This document shows positions 1 to 7,860 of a stretch of 64,000 nt of DNA, piece by piece (the first letter of the stretch is position 1; each line of letters begins with the position of its first letter). The notes beneath the pieces are model-generated. The model had not been told where the DNA came from. It ran no database searches and was given only the letters and a program-made list of their open reading frames with translations. The stretch spans positions 130,279 to 194,278 of the IMG/VR virus record IMGVR_UViG_3300044712_000991; one strand, 5' to 3'. The DNA is from a virus. The position numbers were made by a program, and so were the translations under genes.

Positions 1-1867
1 TCGTATCCAACTCCAACATCGCACCCACATTCGGCTGTGTTCCCGTACGGAGAAGCGTGATGGGGATGTTGGAGGTAATGCCCGTGGTGCTCCTGTCAAG
101 CACGAGCACCGTGGCGGCCTGCACATCGGTCACCGTGTACGCCACGGGGTCATTGCCAACCAGAATCTGGTCGCCAGTGGTTATTCCGTACCCATCATGG
201 AACATCTGTGCGTCCTCGACCGCGATGCTCGTACCCGTACCCTGGGCGGTCGTGCGCGTCATGTACGTACCGGCCGCAATCGTATCCGCACCAGCCTTCG
301 GTCCGAAGTCGTACTGCGTGTGGGAACCCGTAGGATACTGCGTGACACTCACGAACTGATCCCACGGCACTTCCACACTGTGTGTATCGAACCCCGCGTG
401 GGTCTTCCAGTTGTCCACCGTGAAATACGTAGCGAGACCATTGGCGGGATCGCATATACGAGCGCCATCGGCGTTGGCGTACATGTTATAGTCAATGTTG
501 GGATTCGAAGAACTGAACCCCGGACTATTGATGGACACCTCACCGTGATGATGGTTGGCCACAAAGTTATTAATGAACACGAACCCATCATCGGAAGCCC
601 CACCATCACCGTAGTGGACAAGGGCTTGGAACCCATCCCGCGATTCCGTCCCGTTGTACGAACTGTTCCACCCCGTGTAGTCCCTGTTGTTACCGATGAA
701 GGTGTTGTTGTACACCTTGTACTGGCGGTAGTAAGGTGCTATGATGGGTCCGATGGCACCGAGATTGTCGTACACGATGTTGTTGCGAATAATGATACGC
801 GCAGAGTACTCATCCCCACCGCATGTCACGAAGCCCTTACCACCACTTCTGTTCTGTGCGACCATCACCACCCAGTCGCCATTTTCATCCTTCCACTGCG
901 CCCACGTCTGACTACCTGTTTTATACTGCCCATCACGATAGTCGAGCACGATACCACCATCATCCTGCCCAGGATCGCCGTAGCAGACGTTGTCCTCGAT
1001 CACCACATCACCAGCACCCTTGAGATCGATGCAGTTCTCTGCGATGTCCACGAAGATGTTCTGCCGAACAATCGTTCCACAGTTTCGTACCGCAGGATGC
1101 AGGTCGTAGTCTGGCTCAAACTGGATACCGTCCTCATTCCACGTCGGTCCAAGAACGTTCTGTTCGATGAGCGTCCCTTGTATGAGAGTACTAGCCGGAG
1201 AACCAATATCCAAACAACTGCTACCATTGTCATGGATATAGTTGTTCCGAATAATGCAGTTGCGGGGAGCCGCGCCACTTAGCCATATTCCCAACCACAT
1301 CCCGTGTATCTCGTTGTTCTCAAACAACGCACCGTTACCCTCGAACATGATGCCCGTTTGCCGATAGTCCGACATGTAGTTCGTACGCCCGCCACCAGTC
1401 TGGTAAATCTTGCAGTTCTTGATGGTGATGTTCTGCGAATCGTGGTTTCCGATGTGTACGTGGCCGATGCGGTTACTACCATCCTGCGCCTGAAACGCTG
1501 CATCTTGTGACCACGCGTAGGATAGGGATAGTCCATCAATTACGATGTTCGACTTTGCTGGAGCGGTGTATCCATGATTGGACCCATCATTCAAAATAGG
1601 ATACCACCCGATGGCGACCACCGCTGGCTCGCTCAGCCCTCGCCCAGCAATAATGGCCTCCTCGGAGAGGTACCGCTTGTACGTGATAGGCAGGGCGACC
1701 GTACCACTTCTCTCGGGGGAAATGAGGTCTTCGTATGTCCCCCCATGGATGTACACCGTATCCCCCGGCTGAAGGGTGGTGTTTGCTTTGGATATAGTTA
1801 GCCACGGTTGTGCCGCAGTACCTGGGGCACTATCTGATCCAGTGGTGGTAATGTGATACTCTGCCAT
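1..1867 (-). CDS. Right-handed parallel beta-helix (pectate lyase-like) protein, 3'-truncated by the window edge; possible tailspike/depolymerase
   Basis: Hand translation: ATG at 1867 with GGAGG upstream; MAEYHITTTGSDSAPGTAAQPWLTISKA...LQPGDTVYIHGGTY, then repeated I-x-x-N-x-I-x-D-N beta-helix turns; frame open to position 1 (absent from the ORF track because there is no stop in the window). Confidence 0.8.
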   Translation of the reverse strand, partial: MAEYHITTTGSDSAPGTAAQPWLTISKANTTLQPGDTVYIHGGTYEDLISPERSGTVALPITYKRYLSEEAIIAGRGLSEPAVVAIGWYPILNDGSNHGYTAPAKSNIVIDGLSLSYAWSQDAAFQAQDGSNRIGHVHIGNHDSQNITIKNCKIYQTGGGRTNYMSDYRQTGIMFEGNGALFENNEIHGMWLGIWLSGAAPRNCIIRNNYIHDNGSSCLDIGSPASTLIQGTLIEQNVLGPTWNEDGIQFEPDYDLHPAVRNCGTIVRQNIFVDIAENCIDLKGAGDVVIEDNVCYGDPGQDDGGIVLDYRDGQYKTGSQTWAQWKDENGDWVVMVAQNRSGGKGFVTCGGDEYSARIIIRNNIVYDNLGAIGPIIAPYYRQYKVYNNTFIGNNRDYTGWNSSYNGTESRDGFQALVHYGDGGASDDGFVFINNFVANHHHGEVSINSPGFSSSNPNIDYNMYANADGARICDPANGLATYFTVDNWKTHAGFDTHSVEVPWDQFVSVTQYPTGSHTQYDFGPKAGADTIAAGTYMTRTTAQGTGTSIAVEDAQMFHDGYGITTGDQILVGNDPVAYTVTDVQAATVLVLDRSTTGITSNIPITLLRTGTQPNVGAMLELDT

Positions 1868-1880
1868 ACGTCCTCCAGTA

Positions 1881-1900
1881 TTCTATAGCCAAAACATAGG
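1881..1900 (-). promoter_or_regulatory. Candidate late-promoter motif CCTATGTTTTGG-C-TATAGAA
   Basis: Same 12-mer CCTATRTWTTGG found upstream of the genes at 1867, 2676 and 45477. Confidence 0.45.
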
Positions 1901-2011
1901 GAGAAAACATGTGAATTTGCAGGGGGTAGAGGAGTGTAAAAACAGTACCCGGGTCTCTAGCGAACGCCTAGCGACCCAGGTACGCACTGCGGTTGTACGG
2001 AGGTTGGTGGC

Positions 2012-2326
2012 TTACGCCTGTTCGGTTGGCTCTGCGGTCGCGATACTGAGCGAAACTGCTTGCCCGCCTACGATGTCCACTTCGAGCACACCCGTCAGAG
2101 GCACAATGCCCTCTCCGAGATCGGCGTCCGCCGTGACCACGACCTGCGCATGACCAAGGGGTCCTTTGGCAATGATGGTCGCTGAGAGCCCATCTGCCTC
2201 GGGCACGACTGTCAGAAGCGCATCATCCCCTGCCCATACGGGTGCGCCATCGACGCGTGCGGGATTGCCCTTCTTGTCCACGGGCTGGATGCTTGCAACT
2301 ACCTGCTGTGTGGCGGTGATAACCAT
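2012..2326 (-). CDS. Small Ig-like beta-sandwich protein (possible virion decoration); in-frame upstream start at 2464 possible
   Basis: MVITATQQVVASIQPVDKKGNPARVDGAPVW...; AAAGGA SD; beta-rich pattern. Confidence 0.65.
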   Translation of the reverse strand: MVITATQQVVASIQPVDKKGNPARVDGAPVWAGDDALLTVVPEADGLSATIIAKGPLGHAQVVVTADADLGEGIVPLTGVLEVDIVGGQAVSLSIATAEPTEQA

Positions 2327-2487
2327 GGTGTATCCTTTCAGATGTAGGTTGATGTGTGGGTAAAACACTATGAACTGCAACTGTACTGCCCGACGCTTCG
2401 AGCGCCGTTTGTGAAACGATATTCCCTGAAACCAGTACCACAGTATGAACAAAAATCGTCTCATTTCGTTCCCCTCGATTGTGTGCG

Positions 2488-2676
2488 TTACCCACCTACC
2501 GTAATCCGGTGGAGGTCGAAGTTGAAGAACAACGTCAACAGCCATACCACAATAGCGATGATGGCGACAGCGTTCAAGATTTTCTTGATCTGCACGTCCA
2601 TCGGAATGTAGTTGTTGACTAACCACAAGACAACACCTACAACAACGAGAGTTAATAGTACGGTAATCAATGGCAT
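2488..2676 (-). CDS. Small 2-TM membrane protein (Thivi_2564-like family)
   Basis: MPLITVLLTLVVVGVVLWLVNNYIPMD...IKKILNAVAIIAIVVWLL; GGAGG SD. Confidence 0.75.
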   Translation of the reverse strand: MPLITVLLTLVVVGVVLWLVNNYIPMDVQIKKILNAVAIIAIVVWLLTLFFNFDLHRITVGG

Positions 2677-2690
2677 TCAAGCCTCCTGTG

Positions 2691-2710
2691 TTCTATACCC
2701 AATACATAGG
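2691..2710 (-). promoter_or_regulatory. Candidate late-promoter motif CCTATGTATTGG-G-TATAGAA
   Basis: Second copy of the motif at 1881-1900, just upstream of the SD of the 2676 gene. Confidence 0.45.
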
Positions 2711-2779
2711 TTACAAGAGGTTGTTTTGTTAGACACGAGTAGGATGAAAAAGGATTGAGATGAGGGATGAGAAAAAGAC

Positions 2780-2999
2780 GGACACGGTATCCAAGTTTCT
2801 GACCCTCTGCGGGTACTCGGATGTGCACCTTACGGAGAAAATCTCAGCCGTTATGGGTATCGGTCTCGGGGAGGAGACTGTCCCTCCGCACAGAAGGCGG
2901 TCAGGCCACCCAACGCTAGTACATCTCTATGGTCACTGAGATCAGACTACACACGGGGCACCTCGTGTTCTGCACGTTGGTCGCACCCACACCGTGTCC
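2780..2999 (-). ncRNA. Candidate ~220-nt structured ncRNA of unknown class
   Basis: ORF-free; sigma70 promoter at 3010-3038 points into it; 9-bp closing stem GGACACGGU/ACCGUGUCC followed by GUCUUUUU; several internal helices. Confidence 0.55.
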
Positions 3000-3009
3000 T
3001 AAGGCCTAC

Positions 3010-3038
3010 AATATACAACATTCTTTTGTGAAAGTCAA
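3010..3038 (-). promoter_or_regulatory. sigma70-type promoter TTGACT-N17-TATATT
   Basis: -35 at 3033-3038, -10 at 3010-3015. Confidence 0.8.
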
Positions 3039-3045
3039 GTTCTAG

Positions 3046-3642
3046 CTACTGCCAGAGCACAGGTCTCACGGAAAAGTCCTGGAAGTCCGCGAAGATGTTC
3101 TTCCGCAGGAGAATCCGACCGAACGCCTCGGTCTCCCACACCGCACCGTTCAGAGCGTGGTGCGGCCGGTACTCCGAGGGGAGCCCCAAACGCTCGTAAA
3201 TCATTCCCGAACTCAGTACCCCTGGATAGAACTTCCCGTGTGTATGGAAGTAGTCCGTTTGAGCCACGGAGTGCAGATCGATCGTGTGGTAGGGGAACGG
3301 GAAGTCCTTCATGGACATCCCCACCCGCTTTGTCTCCTCCTTGAGGAACGTCAGGTCGAACTCGGGGTTCTGTCCCGCGAGCACCACGGGCACCCCCAGG
3401 GACTTCACCCACGCGTAGAACTCGGTGAGCAACGTCGGGATGTCCTTCGGGAGCGCCGCGAGTTGCTCCCGAGTGTACCCGTTGACATCCAACGCCGAGT
3501 CCTCGATGTCCACCTCGGGCGAAGGGCGTGCCTCTCCGTAGAAGTACTGCTCAGCGTTGTGCCAGTTGATGGCTCCGATGCTGATGATACCGTTCGTCTG
3601 AGGGCGTACACCTGTGGTCTCCACATCTACGACAATCATCAT
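3046..3642 (-). CDS. DEDDh-family 3'-5' exonuclease (DnaQ-like)
   Basis: Motifs VDVETTG, GQNPEFDLTFL, HHALNGA (last Asp replaced by Gly). Confidence 0.85.
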   Translation of the reverse strand: MMIVVDVETTGVRPQTNGIISIGAINWHNAEQYFYGEARPSPEVDIEDSALDVNGYTREQLAALPKDIPTLLTEFYAWVKSLGVPVVLAGQNPEFDLTFLKEETKRVGMSMKDFPFPYHTIDLHSVAQTDYFHTHGKFYPGVLSSGMIYERLGLPSEYRPHHALNGAVWETEAFGRILLRKNIFADFQDFSVRPVLWQ

Positions 3643-3650
3643 CAGACCTT

Positions 3651-3875
3651 TCAGTTTGGTAGTGCAAACGGCTTGCTTCCAGCGGGTTCAGGATCGGGAG
3701 TGTATTCCTGTTGTATGAACTTCACCCGATGAGCGGAGATGGCGAGCCCGAACGAAATGCCATCACCTACCTGAAAGGGCGTTAGTAGGTACGCAACGGG
3801 TGTTATGGCGTATGTTTCCTTCTGCTCGTATGTTTCGGACGAGTTGTCCATGAATGTGAACTTAATCTTGAACAT
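3651..3875 (-). CDS. Hypothetical protein
   Basis: ORF with GGAGG SD, abuts neighbours. Confidence 0.6.
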   Translation of the reverse strand: MFKIKFTFMDNSSETYEQKETYAITPVAYLLTPFQVGDGISFGLAISAHRVKFIQQEYTPDPEPAGSKPFALPN

Positions 3876-4551
3876 CCCCATCATCCTCCGTTAGTTCTTG
3901 CTCTTCCACATCTCGTACACCTAGCACAGCCTTCTTCTTCGTCTGATACTTGTACGACCAGACTGCCGTGCCATCTCCGTGAGGGACGAACATCCCTATC
4001 CGCCGGAGAGCGGAGATGAGGAGCTTATTCTCCGCCGACAGGTTGTGCGCGGGGAACGCTATGGCTTGTTTGACCTTCCTGGGAAACGCGTGCCCCTCCG
4101 TGTACTCCAAGAGCCCCCACCGTTCGGGGAGTTCATCGGGCTTCAGGAGACCCGTGGGGGCGAGGAAGTACCGCAGGGAGCCCATGCCGAACTCGGGGTG
4201 GCGGCGGAAGTGCTTCTGCGCATCAACGAGGAAGTCCGTACGACTCGCCTTGCACTCGATGAGGATACTCCCCCTAGAGCTCCACCCGATACCATCCGCT
4301 TCCTCCCTCTGGGAGGCCATCTCGGAGATCACAACAGCACACCGACGTTCCAACCATGCCCTACCGATCGTCACGAGCTTAGCGTGTACCGTTCGGTCGC
4401 TCTGTGCGCGTTCCGCTGCGCGAGCAGCTTCTAGCCGTGCGAAAACTTCGCGATCAAGAACGGCATCATCTGTCACGGAGGAGGGCGCTCCACAGACCGT
4501 GGGCACGGGAGGAACGTGCTCGATGTGCTGCTGCTGTTTTCTCCTACTCAT
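3862..4551 (-). CDS. PD-(D/E)XK nuclease-like protein (MmcB-like)
   Basis: EEADGIGW...SILIECKASRTDFLVD...GMGSLRYFLAP...LPERWGLLE; start overlaps upstream stop. Confidence 0.7.
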   Translation of the reverse strand: MSRRKQQQHIEHVPPVPTVCGAPSSVTDDAVLDREVFARLEAARAAERAQSDRTVHAKLVTIGRAWLERRCAVVISEMASQREEADGIGWSSRGSILIECKASRTDFLVDAQKHFRRHPEFGMGSLRYFLAPTGLLKPDELPERWGLLEYTEGHAFPRKVKQAIAFPAHNLSAENKLLISALRRIGMFVPHGDGTAVWSYKYQTKKKAVLGVRDVEEQELTEDDGDVQD

Positions 4552-4780
4552 CGTCAGCGTGTTCCAGGATGAGGATAACGGTCGCCACATTCTGTGTGAC
4601 CATCTGCGTGATACGCCACCCACGACTTATCATGTTCTCCACCTCGACCCACGACATATGTGGTTTGAAGGTGCCCGAAGGATCGTACGCCTTGTTGTAC
4701 TCCGCCATTGTGTGGTAGAAGTCGTCAGGGCCATTCGGACCGATTATGTGTGGAAACACAATCATCTGTCGGTATTGCAT
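4544..4780 (-). CDS. Hypothetical protein
   Basis: MQYRQMIVFPH...; tightly packed in the operon. Confidence 0.55.
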   Translation of the reverse strand: MQYRQMIVFPHIIGPNGPDDFYHTMAEYNKAYDPSGTFKPHMSWVEVENMISRGWRITQMVTQNVATVILILEHADDE

Positions 4781-4784
4781 GCGG

Positions 4785-5090
4785 TCATCCCTTCTTCGGC
4801 TGTGCGGGAGCACCGCTCGCAAGCAGGGCTTCCTGGACGAAACTCACCTTGTCCAACGCCGGGGCGTGACGGTCGTACACAGCGACCATCTTGCGCATAC
4901 CCTTCACGGCCTCTTCGAGTTCAGCGGCGGTCGCCTTGTGCGCATCTCCCACCGCCTGGGTCTCCTTGTCGATCAGTTCGCCGTACTTCCGCCGGATGGT
5001 CGCGACCTTGTCCTGGGCGTCCTTGTACGAGGCTTCGATACGCTTCTCGAACTCATCAATCTGCTGTTCGAGCATCTGCTTCATTGTCAT
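4785..5090 (-). CDS. Coiled-coil hypothetical protein
   Basis: Heptad-like charged helix; start overlaps upstream stop. Confidence 0.65.
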   Translation of the reverse strand: MTMKQMLEQQIDEFEKRIEASYKDAQDKVATIRRKYGELIDKETQAVGDAHKATAAELEEAVKGMRKMVAVYDRHAPALDKVSFVQEALLASGAPAQPKKG

Positions 5091-5419
5091 CAGGGTGTTC
5101 CTTTCTTGATTATGTGTGCGAGTTTACGATTTGCCTTCTGCTCGGCACGGAGGTCGCGCTCGACCTTGTCCGCGAGTTCCGTGTGGAGCTCTTTGAGGAT
5201 CAACTCTGCGTGGCGACGGATACGGTCAGCGGCTACTCCTGCGTACGCATCCTTGAGAACGAGGCGCGGGACGAGCATCGCCTTCGTACACTTGAACATC
5301 GTATGACACTCCTCGCACCAACAGTCTTCCCGGAAGCCCTCGGACTCCGTGGACAGACCGCTCACGCGGTACAGGGGCTCCCCGCATTTGGGGCACAACA
5401 TCTCGCTATTGCTTGCCAT
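5090..5419 (-). CDS. Zinc-ribbon hypothetical protein
   Basis: CPKCG...CEECH; downstream of promoter 5443-5471. Confidence 0.65.
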   Translation of the reverse strand: MASNSEMLCPKCGEPLYRVSGLSTESEGFREDCWCEECHTMFKCTKAMLVPRLVLKDAYAGVAADRIRRHAELILKELHTELADKVERDLRAEQKANRKLAHIIKKGTP

Positions 5420-5442
5420 GGGATGTAGTCCTTTCGTGGTCA

Positions 5443-5471
5443 AAGATACGCAAATCAAAGAAGAAAAGCAA
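5443..5471 (-). promoter_or_regulatory. sigma70-type promoter TTGCTT-N17-TATCTT
   Basis: 17-bp spacing, same architecture as the other early promoters. Confidence 0.55.
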
Positions 5472-5504
5472 ATCGCGCTGAGTAAAATTACTCAACGCAT
5501 TGAG

Positions 5505-5532
5505 TAAAACAAATCGGGGGCTTGCGCCCCCG
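5505..5532 (-). terminator. Intrinsic terminator after the RAMP-like gene
   Basis: CGGGGGC-GCAA-GCCCCCG hairpin followed by ATTTGTTTT. Confidence 0.75.
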
Positions 5533-5544
5533 AAGAAATGATGA

Positions 5545-6144
5545 CTACTTCACGGCTTTCACGGACTCCACCGTGAACCGCCCGTGCTCGGGACGCCAGT
5601 CGCACAGACCGATCTCCCGCCCTGCGACCTCCACGAACTTCTTGATTGAGGCTTCATCCACGAGGTCGGGCATGAAGGTCACGGTGAACGTGAGCCCCCA
5701 CCGTTTGAACTCGGGGCGGGTGCGCATCACGCTCGACTGCCCGATCTTGACAGCCACGCGGGACATGTTCATCCCTTCCGCGTACAGCTTCTTGATGTCC
5801 TTCGGACCATCGTAGTCCAGGAGGTTGTCCTCGTAGATGCCGAGGGCGGACTTCGCGGTCGGTCCCTGTTTTGACCGCTTGGCGGCGTTCACAATCATCG
5901 CCTTCAGGACATACCCCGGGATGATGATTTGGTTCTTGGTGTTGAGGTACAGGCTAGCGAAGAACTCGATCCGCGCCATCTCCTCGTGGTCGTCATCCGT
6001 CTTCTGCTTCTTGCCCGAAACGGACTTGAGCTCCTTGGATGCCTTGGACAGCGGGTCTTTCAGCGCCACGCCGTTGTGCATGATGAGACTGTCCACACCT
6101 TCGATAACGAACTGCAATTTGCGAAGACCATTTTCGGTGGCCAT
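5545..6144 (-). CDS. RAMP/Cas7-like phage protein, putative effector for the adjacent pentamer array (Vipr-like)
   Basis: AGGAG SD; beta1 LQFVIEGVDSLIMHN, IPGYVLKAMIVNAAK (RAMP IPG-x-x-[LI]-K motif), C-terminal Gly loop GREIGLCDWRPEHGRFTV. Confidence 0.7.
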   Translation of the reverse strand: MATENGLRKLQFVIEGVDSLIMHNGVALKDPLSKASKELKSVSGKKQKTDDDHEEMARIEFFASLYLNTKNQIIIPGYVLKAMIVNAAKRSKQGPTAKSALGIYEDNLLDYDGPKDIKKLYAEGMNMSRVAVKIGQSSVMRTRPEFKRWGLTFTVTFMPDLVDEASIKKFVEVAGREIGLCDWRPEHGRFTVESVKAVK

Positions 6145-6275
6145 GATTTGTTTCTCCTGTATGTGCATGTTGAACTTTGTAGGCAGTCCAACGAGGCCTG
6201 TTGATGCTCTACTACTGACATCTACCTCTCCAATTCACACGCTACCTCACCTCAACCGCGCCTTAAGTGTACCAC

Positions 6276-6304
6276 AAGATACAAAATGAATTCTCGATTG
6301 TCAA
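6276..6304 (-). promoter_or_regulatory. sigma70 promoter TTGACA-N17-TATCTT for the RAMP-like gene
   Basis: -35 at 6299-6304, -10 at 6276-6281. Confidence 0.75.
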
Positions 6305-6330
6305 GTGCTATGCAGAAAAATCTTTGATGG

Positions 6331-6732
6331 GTACCTAATGACCGTACCAGACTCTACCTAACCCATCCGTGACCATCCAGACCCTACCCTGCCGAACCCA
6401 TTGTACCTAATGACCACACCAGACCTCTCCACGACAGACCGAGACTTGCCTCGCCTTGCCGTTCCGTACCGCTCCAGAACAGACCAAAAGTACCTAATGA
6501 CCGTACCAATGCCCACCAAACCTTTCCCCTCCCAAACCAAACATGCCTTACCGGAACGACCCTTACCATATTCAAAACGTTTTTACTTAATATCCTTACC
6601 AGACCATTACAAAACTTGCCGATCCACTCCTATCCAGACCAATCCTCACCGTTTGTACCTAATGACCACACCGAATCCTACCGCGCCTTTCCTTGCCGAA
6701 CCCAGACCTAACACATCGCTCCGATCCCAACC
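6331..6732 (-). repeat. Non-coding array of five units, each 12-15 GGH-NN pentamers closed by GGTCA-TTAGGTAC (putative guide-RNA array)
   Basis: Manual phasing: 66/67 pentamers start with G, 52/67 with GG, third base G only once; TTAGGTAC at 6662-6655, 6497-6490, 6410-6403, 6338-6331 and variant TTAAGTAA at 6590-6583. Confidence 0.9.
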
Positions 6733-7017
6733 TTATTTTGAAACGCTCTTTGCCCTCATCGTCGCCCCCTGCGTCCGCACGGGACACACATGGATGTCCG
6801 CTCTCTCAATCGCTCGCAGACCACCCTGCACGCGCTGCACAGGTGTGGGGATCACTTGCGACCTCTGAGGACGATGTACATGCGTGTGTGTACGCGCTTC
6901 TACAGGGCTCACGAGGATCACGCTCTTGCGGTACTTCCGCACCTCCTGGTACGCTTCCCGCGCAGAAAAAGATAGTGCGGGAATCACCTGGTTGGAGCAC
7001 CGCGTCGTGCACCGCAT
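6733..7017 (-). CDS. Hypothetical protein; its stop abuts the array
   Basis: MRCTTRCSNQVIP...SVSK*, follows the 7032 stop; weak SD. Confidence 0.4.
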   Translation of the reverse strand: MRCTTRCSNQVIPALSFSAREAYQEVRKYRKSVILVSPVEARTHTHVHRPQRSQVIPTPVQRVQGGLRAIERADIHVCPVRTQGATMRAKSVSK

Positions 7018-7031
7018 TATCTTGCCTAGTT

Positions 7032-7841
7032 TCACAGGCGATGCTCCGTAGGGAACTGCGCCTTGATCCTGAATAGATGGGGTTGCCACGAGTACGACCC
7101 ATCGGGCTCCACATCGAACGCCACGGCACCGAAGTGCAGAAGGCCTGAACATCTGCGTCCCCCGTATTTCGACCCCGCTGCTTGGAGCGCAGGGAGGGTC
7201 ATCGCCACGGCCATCCTGTCCTTGATGGGGAAGTACGCCGCCCCATGGTAGTGCACGTGCGATCTGCACAGGATGTCCGCCCGAGGAGCTTCACCAGCCA
7301 CGAACTCGAAGAGATTCCACATCAGTTCCTTCATCACGGGCGTGAGCCTCGTGTGGGGCAACGAGGAGTTGCCTACATGGTGTTTGAAGTTGAACTTCAG
7401 CCCGTTCACATCCAGACGAACAACATCCTCCGCCGTGGCATTGAATGCCTTGGTCATCGTGGACTCGAAGTCCTCCGCATCTCCCACATGGTACCCTGTA
7501 CCGTAGGCGAAGAAGTGCTGTTTGGCACGCGCTTGCCGGATGCACACACTCGCAATCTCTGCCTGTTTGAGTCTATCTGTCGTGATCTGCTCGGTTCCAC
7601 CGCTACGCATACCTTGACCATCGATGGCATCCCCGTTGACCACGAGAGCATCGATGGGTTGCAGGTCATCCATAGTGACCACATACTTGTCCCACAGTTC
7701 GCGCCGGATGTTGTACACCTTGCGACCACCGAGGGCTTTTCCAGGATCGAACTGCGGTGGGGTGAGCCCCACGATGTGTCCGCAGTGCATGTCGCCAATG
7801 ACAACGATGCGTTTGGTCTTCCGTTCTGTCGCTACCGCCAT
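7032..7841 (-). CDS. Calcineurin-like metallophosphoesterase
   Basis: GDMHCGH, NGDAIDG, GTGYH, FKHH, RSHVH motifs. Confidence 0.85.
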   Translation of the reverse strand: MAVATERKTKRIVVIGDMHCGHIVGLTPPQFDPGKALGGRKVYNIRRELWDKYVVTMDDLQPIDALVVNGDAIDGQGMRSGGTEQITTDRLKQAEIASVCIRQARAKQHFFAYGTGYHVGDAEDFESTMTKAFNATAEDVVRLDVNGLKFNFKHHVGNSSLPHTRLTPVMKELMWNLFEFVAGEAPRADILCRSHVHYHGAAYFPIKDRMAVAMTLPALQAAGSKYGGRRCSGLLHFGAVAFDVEPDGSYSWQPHLFRIKAQFPTEHRL

Positions 7842-7860
7842 GGGTTTCCTTTCAAGTTGT

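Noticed and set aside
2930-2960. CAGACTA resembling a group I intron P7 strand
   Set aside because: It lies on the strand opposite the promoter, no matching partner element was found in the right order, and no gene is interrupted.
6364-6383. Unit-5 dinucleotides concatenate to CTTGACT, like the phage -35 box
   Set aside because: A 7-nt match is expected by chance and only holds if the target is ungapped; not supportable without a search.
6331-6732. Canonical CRISPR array
   Set aside because: The constant part is only 8-13 nt and the intervening sequence is itself 5-nt periodic; there are no cas1/cas2 genes or 23-47-nt repeats.
6358-6868. ORFs across the array (6358-6540, 6384-6575, 6401-6868)
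   Set aside because: A period of 5 is incompatible with codon structure, the translations are low-complexity artefacts, and no SD is present.
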